The position numbers and the translations under genes were made by a program. 64,000 nucleotides of DNA from a bacterium (GTDB lineage Bacteria; Electryoneota; Electryoneia; Electryoneales; Electryoneaceae), in the NCBI GenBank assembly GCA_020444425.1, contig JAHLLB010000002.1, positions 13,250 through 77,249 of the forward strand. The letters are read 5' to 3'. Below, piece by piece: positions 39,561 to 50,100 of this stretch. Each line of letters opens with the position of its first letter. Within the stretch, counting starts at the first letter, position 1. Below the pieces are notes generated by a model that was not told where the DNA came from, ran no database searches, and saw nothing but the letters and a program-made list of their open reading frames with translations.

Positions 39561-40889
39561 ATGATCAGATACGGTTCGCTACGCAGATTACCGCTGCTAC
39601 TCTCACTCGCGTTCATGCTCCCTTTCTCCGTGGTAGCGGAGGAGGTCGAGAACGGCGTGTCGGTGTTGTATCACCTGGTGGACGAATCGATCTATCCGGA
39701 TCATGTGTTGCAGGAAGGTGAAACAGCAACGTTGCAGTTCAGCATGGCGAATCTGACCGAACCGTGGACGAACGTCGATTGGGGGCTGAGCCTGGAGCAG
39801 TCCGGACCAGTTTCGGCTCAGACATCCAGTGGTACAATTGACGAGGTACAGGCCGGCGACGAACGGACCGTCTTCCTCTCGATTCCGCTGACGACTGGCG
39901 ATCTCGGGAATCTGCCCGATCGTACTGCGGCATCACTGACTATCGACTCCCAGTCGGGTGGGATGACGTATTCCTTCCATCTTTCGTTGCGCAAAGCCGA
40001 AGTGTTGTTGATTTCGGATGGCATGGAAAACGTACGCGAGGTCATCGCCCCGGCGTTGGAGGCCGGACACATTGTCTGGGGATACGCCGGTGTGCCGATG
40101 AACGAGCTGCCGCATGAGATGTATGAGGCGTGGACGATCATGGTTGAAGCAGACGCCCGTTATTCGCAATACCTGTTCACGCCGGACGATGTGCCGGTGC
40201 GCGACTGGTTCCGCTACAGCAACGGCGGCTCGCTCAGTGGATTGTACCTGTACGAAACCTATCCGTACGGCGATCCCGAATGGTTGGGCGGGCTGGCGTC
40301 CGTGTGGAACGATCCGCTTGATGAAACCACCTTCCTCGGCTACGAAGACGATCCCATCGCCCGGGGGCAGACGATTGAGGCGTGCAGCTCGGACGGTGTC
40401 AGCATTTCCTACCCCTGCTGCGGCAATCCGGCGATTTTCCACACTGGTGATGGTATCCCGGCAGCGGGTTGGTTTGACTATGGCTGGCGGGTGGTGGATT
40501 ACGGTTTCTCGCTGGTACACATGGACAACGGCGCCGACATCGAACTACCTCGCGACGAGCTGATCCGACGGACGGCCAACTGGCTTGTGTACCGGGAAAC
40601 GAGCGTCTTCGAGCCCATCGAGGAACCGGCGCTACCGGTGAAGATTGAACTGGTCGCGTATCCGAACCCGTTCAACGCGTCCCTCACCATCGAACTCCGC
40701 GGTGACGGCCGACTTTCCCCTGTCGAAATCATCAACGCGAACGGCCGGCTGGTCGAGACCCTTTTCCCCGCTTCAACCAACAGCACTCAGCTGAGCTGGA
40801 ATGCTCAGGCATATCCCAGCGGGACGTATTACGTCAAAACCGCGACACCCAACGGCGCCACGGTTCGAAAAGTCACGTTGTTGAAATAA
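39561..40889 (+). CDS. Secreted protein with T9SS type-A C-terminal sorting domain
   Basis: Signal peptide and C-terminal AYPNPFN...I.NANGRLV...SGTYYV...KVTLLK. Confidence 0.8.
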   Translation: MIRYGSLRRLPLLLSLAFMLPFSVVAEEVENGVSVLYHLVDESIYPDHVLQEGETATLQFSMANLTEPWTNVDWGLSLEQSGPVSAQTSSGTIDEVQAGDERTVFLSIPLTTGDLGNLPDRTAASLTIDSQSGGMTYSFHLSLRKAEVLLISDGMENVREVIAPALEAGHIVWGYAGVPMNELPHEMYEAWTIMVEADARYSQYLFTPDDVPVRDWFRYSNGGSLSGLYLYETYPYGDPEWLGGLASVWNDPLDETTFLGYEDDPIARGQTIEACSSDGVSISYPCCGNPAIFHTGDGIPAAGWFDYGWRVVDYGFSLVHMDNGADIELPRDELIRRTANWLVYRETSVFEPIEEPALPVKIELVAYPNPFNASLTIELRGDGRLSPVEIINANGRLVETLFPASTNSTQLSWNAQAYPSGTYYVKTATPNGATVRKVTLLK

Positions 40890-40948
40890 AAACAAAGTCA
40901 AAGAAAGTAAAGGATAGTAAAAGACAGGAACGGACAGGAAAAGACACG
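40889..40948. repeat. Degenerate purine-rich 10-bp tandem repeat (6 units)
   Basis: AAAACAAAGT CAAAGAAAGT AAAGGATAGT AAAAGACAGG AACGGACAGG AAAAGACACG. Confidence 0.5.
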
Positions 40949-41000
40949 TTCCTTCTGCCTGTTCCGTCTGGAAAGACATTGGAACTGCCAGCGTACTTTC

Positions 41001-41774
41001 CTACTCCAATACCTTCTTTGCCACTTCATCCGTTACCGGCTTGACGTATTGCTCGTCCATGAAAAGGTGCCCGGCTCCGTCCATTTTCAGCAATCGTGAA
41101 CGCGGCGCCCAACGGACCAGCGTCTCGGCGTTCTCGAACGGCACGATGTTGTCCTCGGATGCGTGCACAGCGATCAGGTGCGGCCGCAGGGCGCGCACAG
41201 ACGGCTCGAGATCCACTTCCTTCAGCCTGTCGAAGAACTCCTTGCGCAGCTCGCGTGGTTTACCATCCGTGTTGATCCGTCCCAGTCCCGTTGACTGAGC
41301 TTCCTCGTAGGCGGATTTGAAGCCGGGCCGCAGTTCGCCGGGACGAGCTGTCGCAGCAAAGGTGACAACCAGCTTCACACTCTGAATCGAACTCGCGGCA
41401 GCCAGGGACGCACCCCCACCGAACGAATGCCCGATCAATACCGTCGGAGACGAGTAGTTCTTGCGCAAGAACTCGGCGGCGTAGCGTACGTCCGAGACGT
41501 ACCCCTGGAACGTGGTCTGGCTGAAGTCGCCCTCACTCTCACCCAACCCCGGATAATCATAGCGCAGCATCCCGATGCCGTGTTCGGCGAGGAACCGGCC
41601 GGTGTACACCGCCACCTTGTACTGCTTGCTGCAGGTGAAGCAGTGGGAGAAGATCGCGAACTCCTTGGGCTCTCCGTCCGCAGGCAGGTCGAGGATACCG
41701 GCCAGCCGTTCGCCGTCCTTGTTGGTAAAATGGATACGCTCGTTGCGGATGTTGCTGCGTGATGATTCAGCCAT
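41001..41774 (-). CDS. Alpha/beta hydrolase
   Basis: HCFTCSK, G.GESEGDF, nucleophile GHSFGG, D..VP and GAGHLF motifs. Confidence 0.88.
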   Translation of the reverse strand: MAESSRSNIRNERIHFTNKDGERLAGILDLPADGEPKEFAIFSHCFTCSKQYKVAVYTGRFLAEHGIGMLRYDYPGLGESEGDFSQTTFQGYVSDVRYAAEFLRKNYSSPTVLIGHSFGGGASLAAASSIQSVKLVVTFAATARPGELRPGFKSAYEEAQSTGLGRINTDGKPRELRKEFFDRLKEVDLEPSVRALRPHLIAVHASEDNIVPFENAETLVRWAPRSRLLKMDGAGHLFMDEQYVKPVTDEVAKKVLE

Positions 41775-41816
41775 GATCGACAATCCCTGCTTCGTACGAC
41801 TACCTGTTTGGCACCT

Positions 41817-41850
41817 GAAACAAGACCGGGACTGATCGCCCCGGCCTTGT
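41817..41850 (-). terminator. Terminator-like hairpin after the EEP gene
   Basis: The minus strand reads ACAAGGCCGGGGC-GATCA-GTCCCGGTCTTGT-TTC. Confidence 0.55.
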
Positions 41851-41889
41851 ATAACATCTAACGTTACTGCGTGTTGAAATGTTTCCCGA

Positions 41890-43488
41890 TTACCGGACCA
41901 ACATCGCCTTCAGAGTCGAGATCTCACCATGCGACTGTGCAGTCACGAAGTAGATCCCTGAGGCTTGCGTCGTCAGGTCCAGCATCAAGCGGTGCGATCC
42001 GGCGCTCAGCGTACCATCCACCACGCTTGCGACTTGGCGGCCGGTGATGTCATGTACCGTAATCGCCACCCGCTGCGTTTGCGGCAGGCTGAGCTCGATG
42101 GTGCTGCTGCCGTTAAACGGGTTCGGATACAAACCGTTCAGCTCGAACTCCGCCGGAATAGTGGCGTCGTTTGCGGAGACGGTCGCATCGCTCAGGCCGA
42201 TGTCATACAGGAACGCGGCAAGGTTTCCGCCACCGAGCTTGGTGAAGGTGAACGAATCGCTGGCGAAGACATTGTTCGGGTTGTCGCCGATCTTGCCAAC
42301 GATGCTGTATTCCCCGCCCGGCGCGGAACCGGGGATGTTCTGCGTCAACGGACGCACGATGGTGTAGTTCGCCGGGATTGGCAGCGGCTGTACATACGCG
42401 AGCGGACCGTACGTGTTACCGTTCGGCAGAATCGCTTCGGTCCAGCCGGCGGTGACGATCGTCTGGTTCGTGGTGTTGGTGATGTACGCAGTGAACTCCA
42501 CCGTGCCGCCACCCGGGAAGATGGTCTGGTTCGGGACGGCCGGTTCAAGCGTGAAGATGATGTCCTCGCCAGAGAGCCAGTAGCCGACATCCACGAAGAC
42601 AGGGATGTGATCGCTGGCGGCATGCAGAGCATCAGCCACATCAGGCGTGACGACGCCGTTGGTGCCGTTGTTGATCGCCTGGTTGAAGTGGTTGCCGTCA
42701 TTCCCGAACGCGGTGTAGGTCGTCGCGAGGACGTCCCAGCCTTCGCTGTCAAACAGGCTTTCCTGCGCGAGGATGAAATCGAAGCGGTCGTCCATGCCGC
42801 CTGTCGCGCCACCTCCGAACGAGGATGTGCGCGGGCTCTGGGTGTGGACAGCCGCGAGGCTGGCGTTGTCGTGCCAGTTTCCGGGTGTTTCGATTGGATC
42901 CTCGAACCCGGCGTTCAGCAGCGCCTGGTAGGCCGGCTCGGAGCTGGTGTAAACGTTGAAGTCACCACAGAAGAAGAAATCGGTAGTGTACAGGTCTTCG
43001 GACGTCATGTAGCTGAGCAGGTCAAGCACTTCGTCGTGGCGGCGGTCTTCTTCGCCCTGGCTGGCCTTAAGGTGCGTGTTGCCGAACCAGATTTCCGGTT
43101 CGGTCGGGATATTCAGCGCGGCGAACTGATAGATTTCGTGGTTGCGCAGGTCGGTGGGCACGGAGGCGTGCGACACGAGCTCAAACAGATCGTTACGGTA
43201 GAACGCATATTCATCGCTGGTACCGACGATCGGGCCGGGAGTCCGTGACCAGGTGCCATCCAACACTTCGTCAAGGAAATCATCCGCGGCGTCGTTGTTG
43301 ATCACTTCCTGCGCGAGGATGATGTCCGGATCGATCTCGTTGATGATCGTCGCGAACTCGTCATTGCGGTCGTTGCTGGTGGTGCTGTAGTTCAGCAGGT
43401 TGTAGTTCATCACACGGATGGTATAATCCTGTGCGACGGCAAACGTCGCCAACAGCATGGCGATCAGAACAAGCAGTGTACTACGCAT
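41890..43488 (-). CDS. Secreted endonuclease/exonuclease/phosphatase (DNase I-like) with T9SS C-terminal domain
   Basis: NYNLLN, AQE, HLKA, GDFN, RFDFI and SDHIPV motifs; YPNPFN..SGIYFV..KAMLVR at the C-terminus. Signal peptide after ATG 43488. Confidence 0.88.
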   Translation of the reverse strand: MRSTLLVLIAMLLATFAVAQDYTIRVMNYNLLNYSTTSNDRNDEFATIINEIDPDIILAQEVINNDAADDFLDEVLDGTWSRTPGPIVGTSDEYAFYRNDLFELVSHASVPTDLRNHEIYQFAALNIPTEPEIWFGNTHLKASQGEEDRRHDEVLDLLSYMTSEDLYTTDFFFCGDFNVYTSSEPAYQALLNAGFEDPIETPGNWHDNASLAAVHTQSPRTSSFGGGATGGMDDRFDFILAQESLFDSEGWDVLATTYTAFGNDGNHFNQAINNGTNGVVTPDVADALHAASDHIPVFVDVGYWLSGEDIIFTLEPAVPNQTIFPGGGTVEFTAYITNTTNQTIVTAGWTEAILPNGNTYGPLAYVQPLPIPANYTIVRPLTQNIPGSAPGGEYSIVGKIGDNPNNVFASDSFTFTKLGGGNLAAFLYDIGLSDATVSANDATIPAEFELNGLYPNPFNGSSTIELSLPQTQRVAITVHDITGRQVASVVDGTLSAGSHRLMLDLTTQASGIYFVTAQSHGEISTLKAMLVR

Positions 43489-43706
43489 CGTATGCCTCAA
43501 ACTTACACGTTGAAAATAATGACGTTGCAGGAAACGGCTACAGCGCGTTTCCAATCTTTGAGTATGATACGGTTTCTGTGACGAGTCAACGTGAAACCGG
43601 CCTTTTGGAGCTTTTTGTTTTCGTGACCGGAGATCGCGGGCGACTTTCACACGAGTCCTCCGCACGAGTACATTAGCGAAACTCAATCCTGACGCTGGTA
43701 GCTTCG

Positions 43707-45683
43707 ATGCCTGAGCCTGCTGAACGTTTCCGCAAGATCCTGTTTCACGTGATGGCTGCGGTCACCACGGTGATCGTGCCGTTGTCGATCTCCACCGCGA
43801 CACTCGATCCCGGCCTGATGTTTCGTTTCACGGTCTGGGCGGGTTGTCTCGCAATCGTGGCGGCGATGGTGATGTGGGGCAGTCTGCGGTACAAGAATCT
43901 CAACGCCCACGGCTTGTGGCGGTCGGGACTGGTAGTATCCGGGACGTTGTATGTGCTCGCTGCGGCCATCGGTTTCTGGGTTGCGATCGACAAACCGGAC
44001 TGGCTGTACGCCACCTTGCGGACCGCGTTGCTGGTGGCGCACATGGTGCTGTTCGCCCTGATCCTGATGTGGAACCGGGAGCGCTGGCAGCAGCTGACGT
44101 ACTACAGCGCGTCGTTTATGGTGCTGATTTCGCTGGTTGGCATCGTGCAGTGGGGCAGTCCGTTGTTCCGGATCGGGATGCTCGATCCGCCGTACGGCAC
44201 GATGATGCACGAAAACCTGTTTGCGTCCTTCCTCTTCCTCTCCACCCCGTTGACGTTGTACGGCGCGATCCGGATGAAAAAAATGTCGCGGCTGCTGTTT
44301 TTTGTCGCGTTGCTCGCGATGGTGGCAGCTGTGGTGGTTTCGACGACACGTGCGACCTGGATCGCGTTAACCCTCGGCGCAGCAATCGCCGGGATGATCT
44401 TCGTCATCGGCGACCGCAAGATCGGGGTCGAAACACTCTGGCGCACGGGCATTCAGAAACGCGTCGCGGCGCTGGCGTTGTCGGTCGTGTTGCTGGCTGG
44501 CGCGGTGGTGTTTGTCACCTATGTTTCGGACCAGTTCGACGATCTGCATGAACGAACGTTGTTGTGGCAGCGTACGCTCGAATTGACGGAGCTGCATCCG
44601 GTCACAGGACTTGGCGCGGGCAACTGGGTGCAGTACACCAACATCGAAAACATGCGCAACCGGATCTCGCAGGCAAACTGGATCCGTCCGCACAACGACC
44701 CCCTCTGGGTGCTGTCCGAAACCGGCGCCCTCGGCCTGATCGGCTATCTCGGGCTGTTTGCGACGGGGTTCTGGTTGACCTGGCGAGCGATCCGTGAAGC
44801 GAAGGACAACGAAACCCGGTGGCTGGCGGGGCTGGTGCTGTTTGCGCTGCTCGGCTTTTTCCTGATCTCCAATTCCGGCTTCCCGCGTGAACGGCTGGAA
44901 CACAGCGCCTATTTCGCAACCTATCTGGCGTTGTCGTTCTTCGTCTACCGGATGGCTATCCCGGCGAAACAACCGGCGAAACGTTCGAGCGGCGTACGGA
45001 TCTTCTCCGTCGCTGTACTGTTGCTCGCATCGTTCGCGACAATCGTCGGTATCTATCGCACCAAGGGTGAGTCACGGGTGCGGATCGCCCATGCCGCGTT
45101 GGCATCAGAGCACTACGAAGTCGTCGTACCCGTGCTGCGGGACGCGAAGAACCCGTTCTTCGACTGCCATCCGAACGGGCTCCCGATCGAATACATGCGT
45201 GGGATCGCGTACTACGAACAGAAGCAATACCTGAAAGCACGTGAGAACTTCGAATACTCGGTGAACAAGAACAGCTACCAGGGCATGAGCATGTGGTGGC
45301 TGGGCCGGACATACGTCCACACCGAACAGTACCCCAAAGCGGCGGAGATGTTCATGCGTGTGCTCGAGTGGTGGCCGGACAACGTCTTCAGCCTGCCGGG
45401 CCTCGCGTTGTCCTATTACCAGATGCAGGAATACGAACTGGCGTACAAGTACATGCTGCGGTACCAGAAACAGTACGATCCGCAACGGCACCGTCAGTCG
45501 TATGCCAGCTTATGGCAGGCGATTCAGCAACGGTTAACGCCGGAGCAGATGGCTGCGCTGGATCAGGAAGTCGAAGAGGTCGAGCTGCGGCGTGCGGAGG
45601 AAAAGCGTGGCAAGCGGCACATCGAATTGATCAGAGAAAAGCAGCGGGAGCGTCTGGGAATCGAACCCAGCCGGGGCGATTAA
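43707..45683 (+). CDS. O-antigen ligase (WaaL/Wzy_C) family membrane protein with TPR tail
   Basis: Many TM segments, TRA.W, R..LW, P.TGLGAGNW and PHND.L...SETG motifs, then C-terminal TPRs. Confidence 0.82.
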   Translation: MPEPAERFRKILFHVMAAVTTVIVPLSISTATLDPGLMFRFTVWAGCLAIVAAMVMWGSLRYKNLNAHGLWRSGLVVSGTLYVLAAAIGFWVAIDKPDWLYATLRTALLVAHMVLFALILMWNRERWQQLTYYSASFMVLISLVGIVQWGSPLFRIGMLDPPYGTMMHENLFASFLFLSTPLTLYGAIRMKKMSRLLFFVALLAMVAAVVVSTTRATWIALTLGAAIAGMIFVIGDRKIGVETLWRTGIQKRVAALALSVVLLAGAVVFVTYVSDQFDDLHERTLLWQRTLELTELHPVTGLGAGNWVQYTNIENMRNRISQANWIRPHNDPLWVLSETGALGLIGYLGLFATGFWLTWRAIREAKDNETRWLAGLVLFALLGFFLISNSGFPRERLEHSAYFATYLALSFFVYRMAIPAKQPAKRSSGVRIFSVAVLLLASFATIVGIYRTKGESRVRIAHAALASEHYEVVVPVLRDAKNPFFDCHPNGLPIEYMRGIAYYEQKQYLKARENFEYSVNKNSYQGMSMWWLGRTYVHTEQYPKAAEMFMRVLEWWPDNVFSLPGLALSYYQMQEYELAYKYMLRYQKQYDPQRHRQSYASLWQAIQQRLTPEQMAALDQEVEEVELRRAEEKRGKRHIELIREKQRERLGIEPSRGD

Positions 45684-45736
45684 ACCCCACAACGGTTTTG
45701 AAGACCGCGGCGTCCACCAGGAACACATCCGCCCCC
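45645..45736 (-). tRNA. selC: tRNA-Sec (anticodon UCA), CCA not encoded
   Basis: The minus strand reads GGGGGCGG AT GTGTTC CTGGT GGACGC CGCGGT CTTCAAA ACCGTT GTGGGGTTTAATCGCCCCGG CTGGG TTCGATT CCCAG ACGCTCCC G. This gives an 8/5 acceptor/T architecture, a 6-bp D stem, a long variable arm and a G discriminator. Confidence 0.88.
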
Positions 45737-45740
45737 GAAA

Positions 45741-45775
45741 GACAGTCGTCAGTTGTCAGTACTCAGTGGTCAGTC
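45741..45775. repeat. Heptamer tandem repeat (NTCAGTN)
   Basis: GACAGTC GTCAGTT GTCAGTA CTCAGTG GTCAGTC, spanning the mpl stop up to the selC 5' end. Confidence 0.6.
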
Positions 45776-47185
45776 TGCGCGGAAGAGGTCATAGATCCCC
45801 CCGAACGCGCCGTTGGAGAAGATAAGGACCACATCCCCCGCTTTGCCCGTGCTCCGGATCATCTCGGCCAATTCGGGTACGTCGTCGAAGGATTGTCCCT
45901 TGACTCCGAAATCACGAAGCTCCACCAGCACCGAGTCACGGTTCAGCCGTTCGTCGAACGGTATCCTTTCCACCCGGTGAATTGGCCCGAAGTAGACCTC
46001 ATCGGCTGCCTGCAACGCGCCCGCCAACACATCCTGATGCAACTGCCGCACCATCGTGTTGGATCGCGGTTCAATCAGCACGCGCAAGCGTTTCCCGGGC
46101 CACCGTTCACGCGCGGCGGCGATGGTTTCCTTCATCGCGGTCGGGTGATGACCGAAATCGTCAACGTAGGTAATACCGTCTCGTTCGAGGAACACTTCCA
46201 TCCGCCGACGGATGCCCTTGAACTGCATCAGAGCTTCGGTGATGTCCGGGACAGTGCCGCCCATCAGCGTTGTCGCGGCGACGGCTGCTATGGTGTTTCG
46301 CAAGTTGTGCATCCCGGCCAACGGTACCGCCAGCTCGGCGTAACGTTTCCCGCCACGATCAATCATCAAGCCGCTGAACCCGCCGGAGACGCCGGTGTAG
46401 GTTCCCTTCCAATGGGCGTCCGATGCGAAGCCATAGGTTTGTACACGGCTGTGTGCGTGGCTGGCCAAGGCCAGTGCGCGACGGTCGTCTGCACAGGTCA
46501 GCAAGGTGCCGTCCGGCGGGATCAACCGCAGCATGAACTGGAAGCTGCGCTCGATCGCGTCGATGTCGTCGTAGATGTCCGCATGATCCATCTCCACGGA
46601 CGTAACAGTTGCAATATAGGGCAGATAATGGAAAAACTTCGCGCGTTTGTCGAAGAAGGCCGTGTCGTATTCGTCCCCTTCGATGACAAACGGTTTGCCC
46701 TCTGCCCCGAGCTTTGCGGACGACGGCAGGTCGAGCGGTTGACCACCGATCAGCCAGCCCGGTTCGAGCCCGCAGGCGTGCATCAGGTACGCGGTGAGTG
46801 TGGTTGTGGTGGTCTTGCCATGTGTGCCGGCGACGACCACGGGCCGCCGTTGCCGCAACACATGCAGCCGGAGGAATTCCGGCAGGCTGGTGTACGGGAT
46901 ACGGCGTCGCAGCATCTCCTCCACTTCAACCTGGCCACGGCTGAACGCGTTGCCGACGACGACCAGGTCCGGCCTCCACTCGAGGTTCTGTTCGGCGAAG
47001 CCGGTGTAGATGGTGACGCCGAGCTGCTTGACCATTTCGGACGCTGGCGGATAGAGCGGATTGTCGCTGCCGCGCACCTCGAAACCGGCTTCCAGCGCGA
47101 TACGTGCCCCGGCGAGCATCCCGGTGCCGCCGATGCCGATGAAATGGATTTTCAACGGACGGCTTTTTGTTTCGTTAGCCTGCAT
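45770..47185 (-). CDS. mpl: UDP-MurNAc:L-Ala-gamma-D-Glu-meso-DAP ligase (peptidoglycan recycling)
   Basis: GIGGTGM, GSD..YPP, AGTHGKTTT, EGDEYDTAFFDKRAKF, DDFGHHPT, EPRSNT and SNGAFGG motifs. Confidence 0.92.
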   Translation of the reverse strand: MQANETKSRPLKIHFIGIGGTGMLAGARIALEAGFEVRGSDNPLYPPASEMVKQLGVTIYTGFAEQNLEWRPDLVVVGNAFSRGQVEVEEMLRRRIPYTSLPEFLRLHVLRQRRPVVVAGTHGKTTTTTLTAYLMHACGLEPGWLIGGQPLDLPSSAKLGAEGKPFVIEGDEYDTAFFDKRAKFFHYLPYIATVTSVEMDHADIYDDIDAIERSFQFMLRLIPPDGTLLTCADDRRALALASHAHSRVQTYGFASDAHWKGTYTGVSGGFSGLMIDRGGKRYAELAVPLAGMHNLRNTIAAVAATTLMGGTVPDITEALMQFKGIRRRMEVFLERDGITYVDDFGHHPTAMKETIAAARERWPGKRLRVLIEPRSNTMVRQLHQDVLAGALQAADEVYFGPIHRVERIPFDERLNRDSVLVELRDFGVKGQSFDDVPELAEMIRSTGKAGDVVLIFSNGAFGGIYDLFRAD

Positions 47186-50100
47186 TAGCGGAAGTATGGG
47201 TCCAGGTTTAGGTTGACGTAGACGACGGTGTGATCGAGGAAATCCTGTCCGGTCCAGCTGTGGATTTCATCCAGCGTTCGTTCGTAATCGTCCGAGGCAT
47301 ACACCGGTGCCAGCCGTGCGGAAAAGGAAAGACCGTAGAAATCAACAAGTCCAGCTTCCACGCCGAGTTCCCCTCCGAAAGCGACATCGTTCGAACGTAT
47401 GTTTCGGAACAGCATGCCGGATTCGAAGATGCCCAGGCGAATACGATCCAGGAAACGGTCAACATGAACCTGCCCGGTACGCCGGAGGAGCTGTGGCAGC
47501 TTATTGAGTTGCGAAAAACGAAGCGCGAGGAACCGGTCGGTATACACTGCACCGAGATCCGAGGCAAGCGAAGCCGGTGCGTGTGGGCGTGGCAGCCGGC
47601 TGTAGTGCGCGCTTTGCGGCGAACGAACTGGCGGAAGATTCAGGTCGACCGTGTTCCACGCGCCACCGTAAAGCGGACTTCCCATCACTTCGTACGGAGC
47701 CGCGCCGCCTGGGGCATCAATGAATCGAGCGGGAGCGGAACCGTTTGCCACTGAGGCCCGCGCTTCGGTGCCCAACTCCCATCCCAGTGGCAAGGATCCC
47801 GCGAGCTCGATACTCCAGGTTGCGACATTGAAATCGTCGTCGAGCCCAATGGTCCAGTGTAGTTCTTCTTTCCACGGGATACGTCCAAACCTGCCTGCGA
47901 AGTTCGCCTTGGCGCGAAGATAGGGTGTCGCACCAGCTTGGCTCGCGTACTGGTGATTCAGCGCAGGCGGCACGGCGACTCGTGCCAGCGGATTCGATCC
48001 CGTGATCAAGGTGCCTCGTTCAGACCCCGGCGCGGAGAGGGTGGCGTTCAGCGTGGAATTGTACCTTTCCCATGACCCTGCCTTGATGCTCCAGGTGATC
48101 CGATTGATCGACGAGTTCCACTTGCGCCACGACCGCCGCAGACCGATCTCGCCCCACGCGTCACCGTGCATATTACCAAAATAGACGGTGCCGTAGGTTG
48201 GGCCGAAGTCACGGTTGATCGGTGTCGCGAAGCCAACGCGATACTGCGGCAGATAGGTGTCGATGTTATTGCTCGGGATGAGTACATCCGCGAGCAGAAT
48301 GTCTTCACGTTCGAGGTACGAGCCACGCACTGAAAGCCCTGCCATCAGGCGTGTGTCGAGATTGTAGCCCATCGCCGGCGACACATTCATCTGCCAGCGT
48401 TCCAGATCAGGCAACGGCTGCGGCGTCAGGATCGGATCAAATGCCAGCTTTGGCGCTTGCCACGGCCAGTGATTGTTCGCCGGATCGCGGTCGGTCCAGA
48501 AGCCGTCCGGATCGAGCAGAATAGCTGCCGGTTTCATATCGCCCGGAAGCTGTACTTCGATCCTGATCCGTGCGTTGGGCATGTGCCACTGATCCCACGA
48601 ACCCCAGGCCTCATAGCCCTCAGGAACGACATCGGTTGGCAGAAACGGCACCGCGCCTCGGAGCGTATCGCCATCTGTTGTGATCACACCGATCAGCGGC
48701 GGGATCTTCATCTCGTCCTTGCGGTGGACGGTGAACCTCAACGTATTCCCGCCGCTCGGGTTGCGGTCAAGGTCGACGTTCTCGAGTGCATAGTCCAGAT
48801 CCACGGCCGAATAGAGGAACTGGTCGAAGAACCATTTCAACGACTGGCCGGATGCGTCCTCGAATGACGAGACGACATCGTCGGAGCTGACGTGAGTCAG
48901 AGCGTGGCGTTGATACAGGATCTTGAAGCCGCGCCAGAACGCTTCGTCCCCGATCACACCCCGCAGTGTGTTGAGCATGACCGGGCCTTTGTAGTAGGAG
49001 GACACGCGCAACAGCGGGTAGTCGTCTGCGGTGTCGCTGGCTCGCACCATCGGCAAGTCTTCCCCGGCGAGTACAGCCTCGAGGTAGGGCCGTTGCCCGC
49101 GAACGTCCGCATCCCGAACAATCATCTCTTCGCTGAACAGGCCGCGAGAATAGGTGCGGTATTTGTTCACCTCGGTGCCTTCGTATTTCGTCAGCAGCAC
49201 GTGCTCGAGGTACGTGGTGAAGCCTTCGTCAATCCACTGTTCGTCCTGCGAATTCGAGTGCAGGATCATCGGCGTGTAGTTATGGACCACCTCATGGATC
49301 ATCACCTGCACATACTGCGGCGAACTCCAGCTCATCAGGGTCAGCATCGGGTATTCCATCGCTGACCACGAGTAGGACGCCTGCACTCTCGGCCACGGAT
49401 ACGGTCCGTAGATTTCTTCCAGCTGCTGGATCGTCCAGCCACAGACCTCAGCGGCGTCGCTCCAGTCATCGGTCTGATCACGCCGGGAAAAGGACCACGC
49501 CTCGAAGTGACCGAAATCGACACGGTCGATGAGAAATTTCGGGTCCATCGCGAAGGTGACATCCGGCACCTGATCGGCCTGGAAGATCCATGTGATCGGG
49601 CGTACCCCCTCTTCCCCCTCCGGGATCGGTGTCGGGAACGGGTTGCCGAGGGTCAGCCCCTTCATGCGCTCCGGCGGCAGCACCTCGGATTCGTTAACCA
49701 GTTCGCCGGTCGAGGCGATGATGTACTTGTACGGCACGGTGTAACGGATCGTGAAGTCGCCGAACTCACCGTACGCTTCGCCGGTACCGAAGTAGCGGTT
49801 GACAGTCCAACCGAACTCGGGTGTGTACGGGCAGATCTGCGGATACCAGTACGCGCCTTTGTACTGGCCACGTGAATACCCCATCCGGGACTGAGATCCG
49901 CCAGTGGGAAATCTGGTCGTGAACGGAAGGACGAAGCTTGCGGAGTCACCCGGCTGAATCGGTGGGTCAAGGTGCAGCTGCCCGATGCTGTAGTCTTGAT
50001 CAAAGGATGCGGTGCGGCCATCGAGGGACCGGACCTGACCAACTTTCAGATCACCCCATGTCGCTTCCGGTTGCCGTGACCAGTGCTTGTCCCGGCTGCG

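Noticed and set aside
39420-45645. Genomic island integrated at selC
   Set aside because: No integrase, and I could not find a duplicated tRNA 3' end (att site) by eye.
45293-47188. 631-aa + strand ORF
   Set aside because: It is a shadow frame of mpl that also crosses tRNA-Sec, with no recognisable domain.
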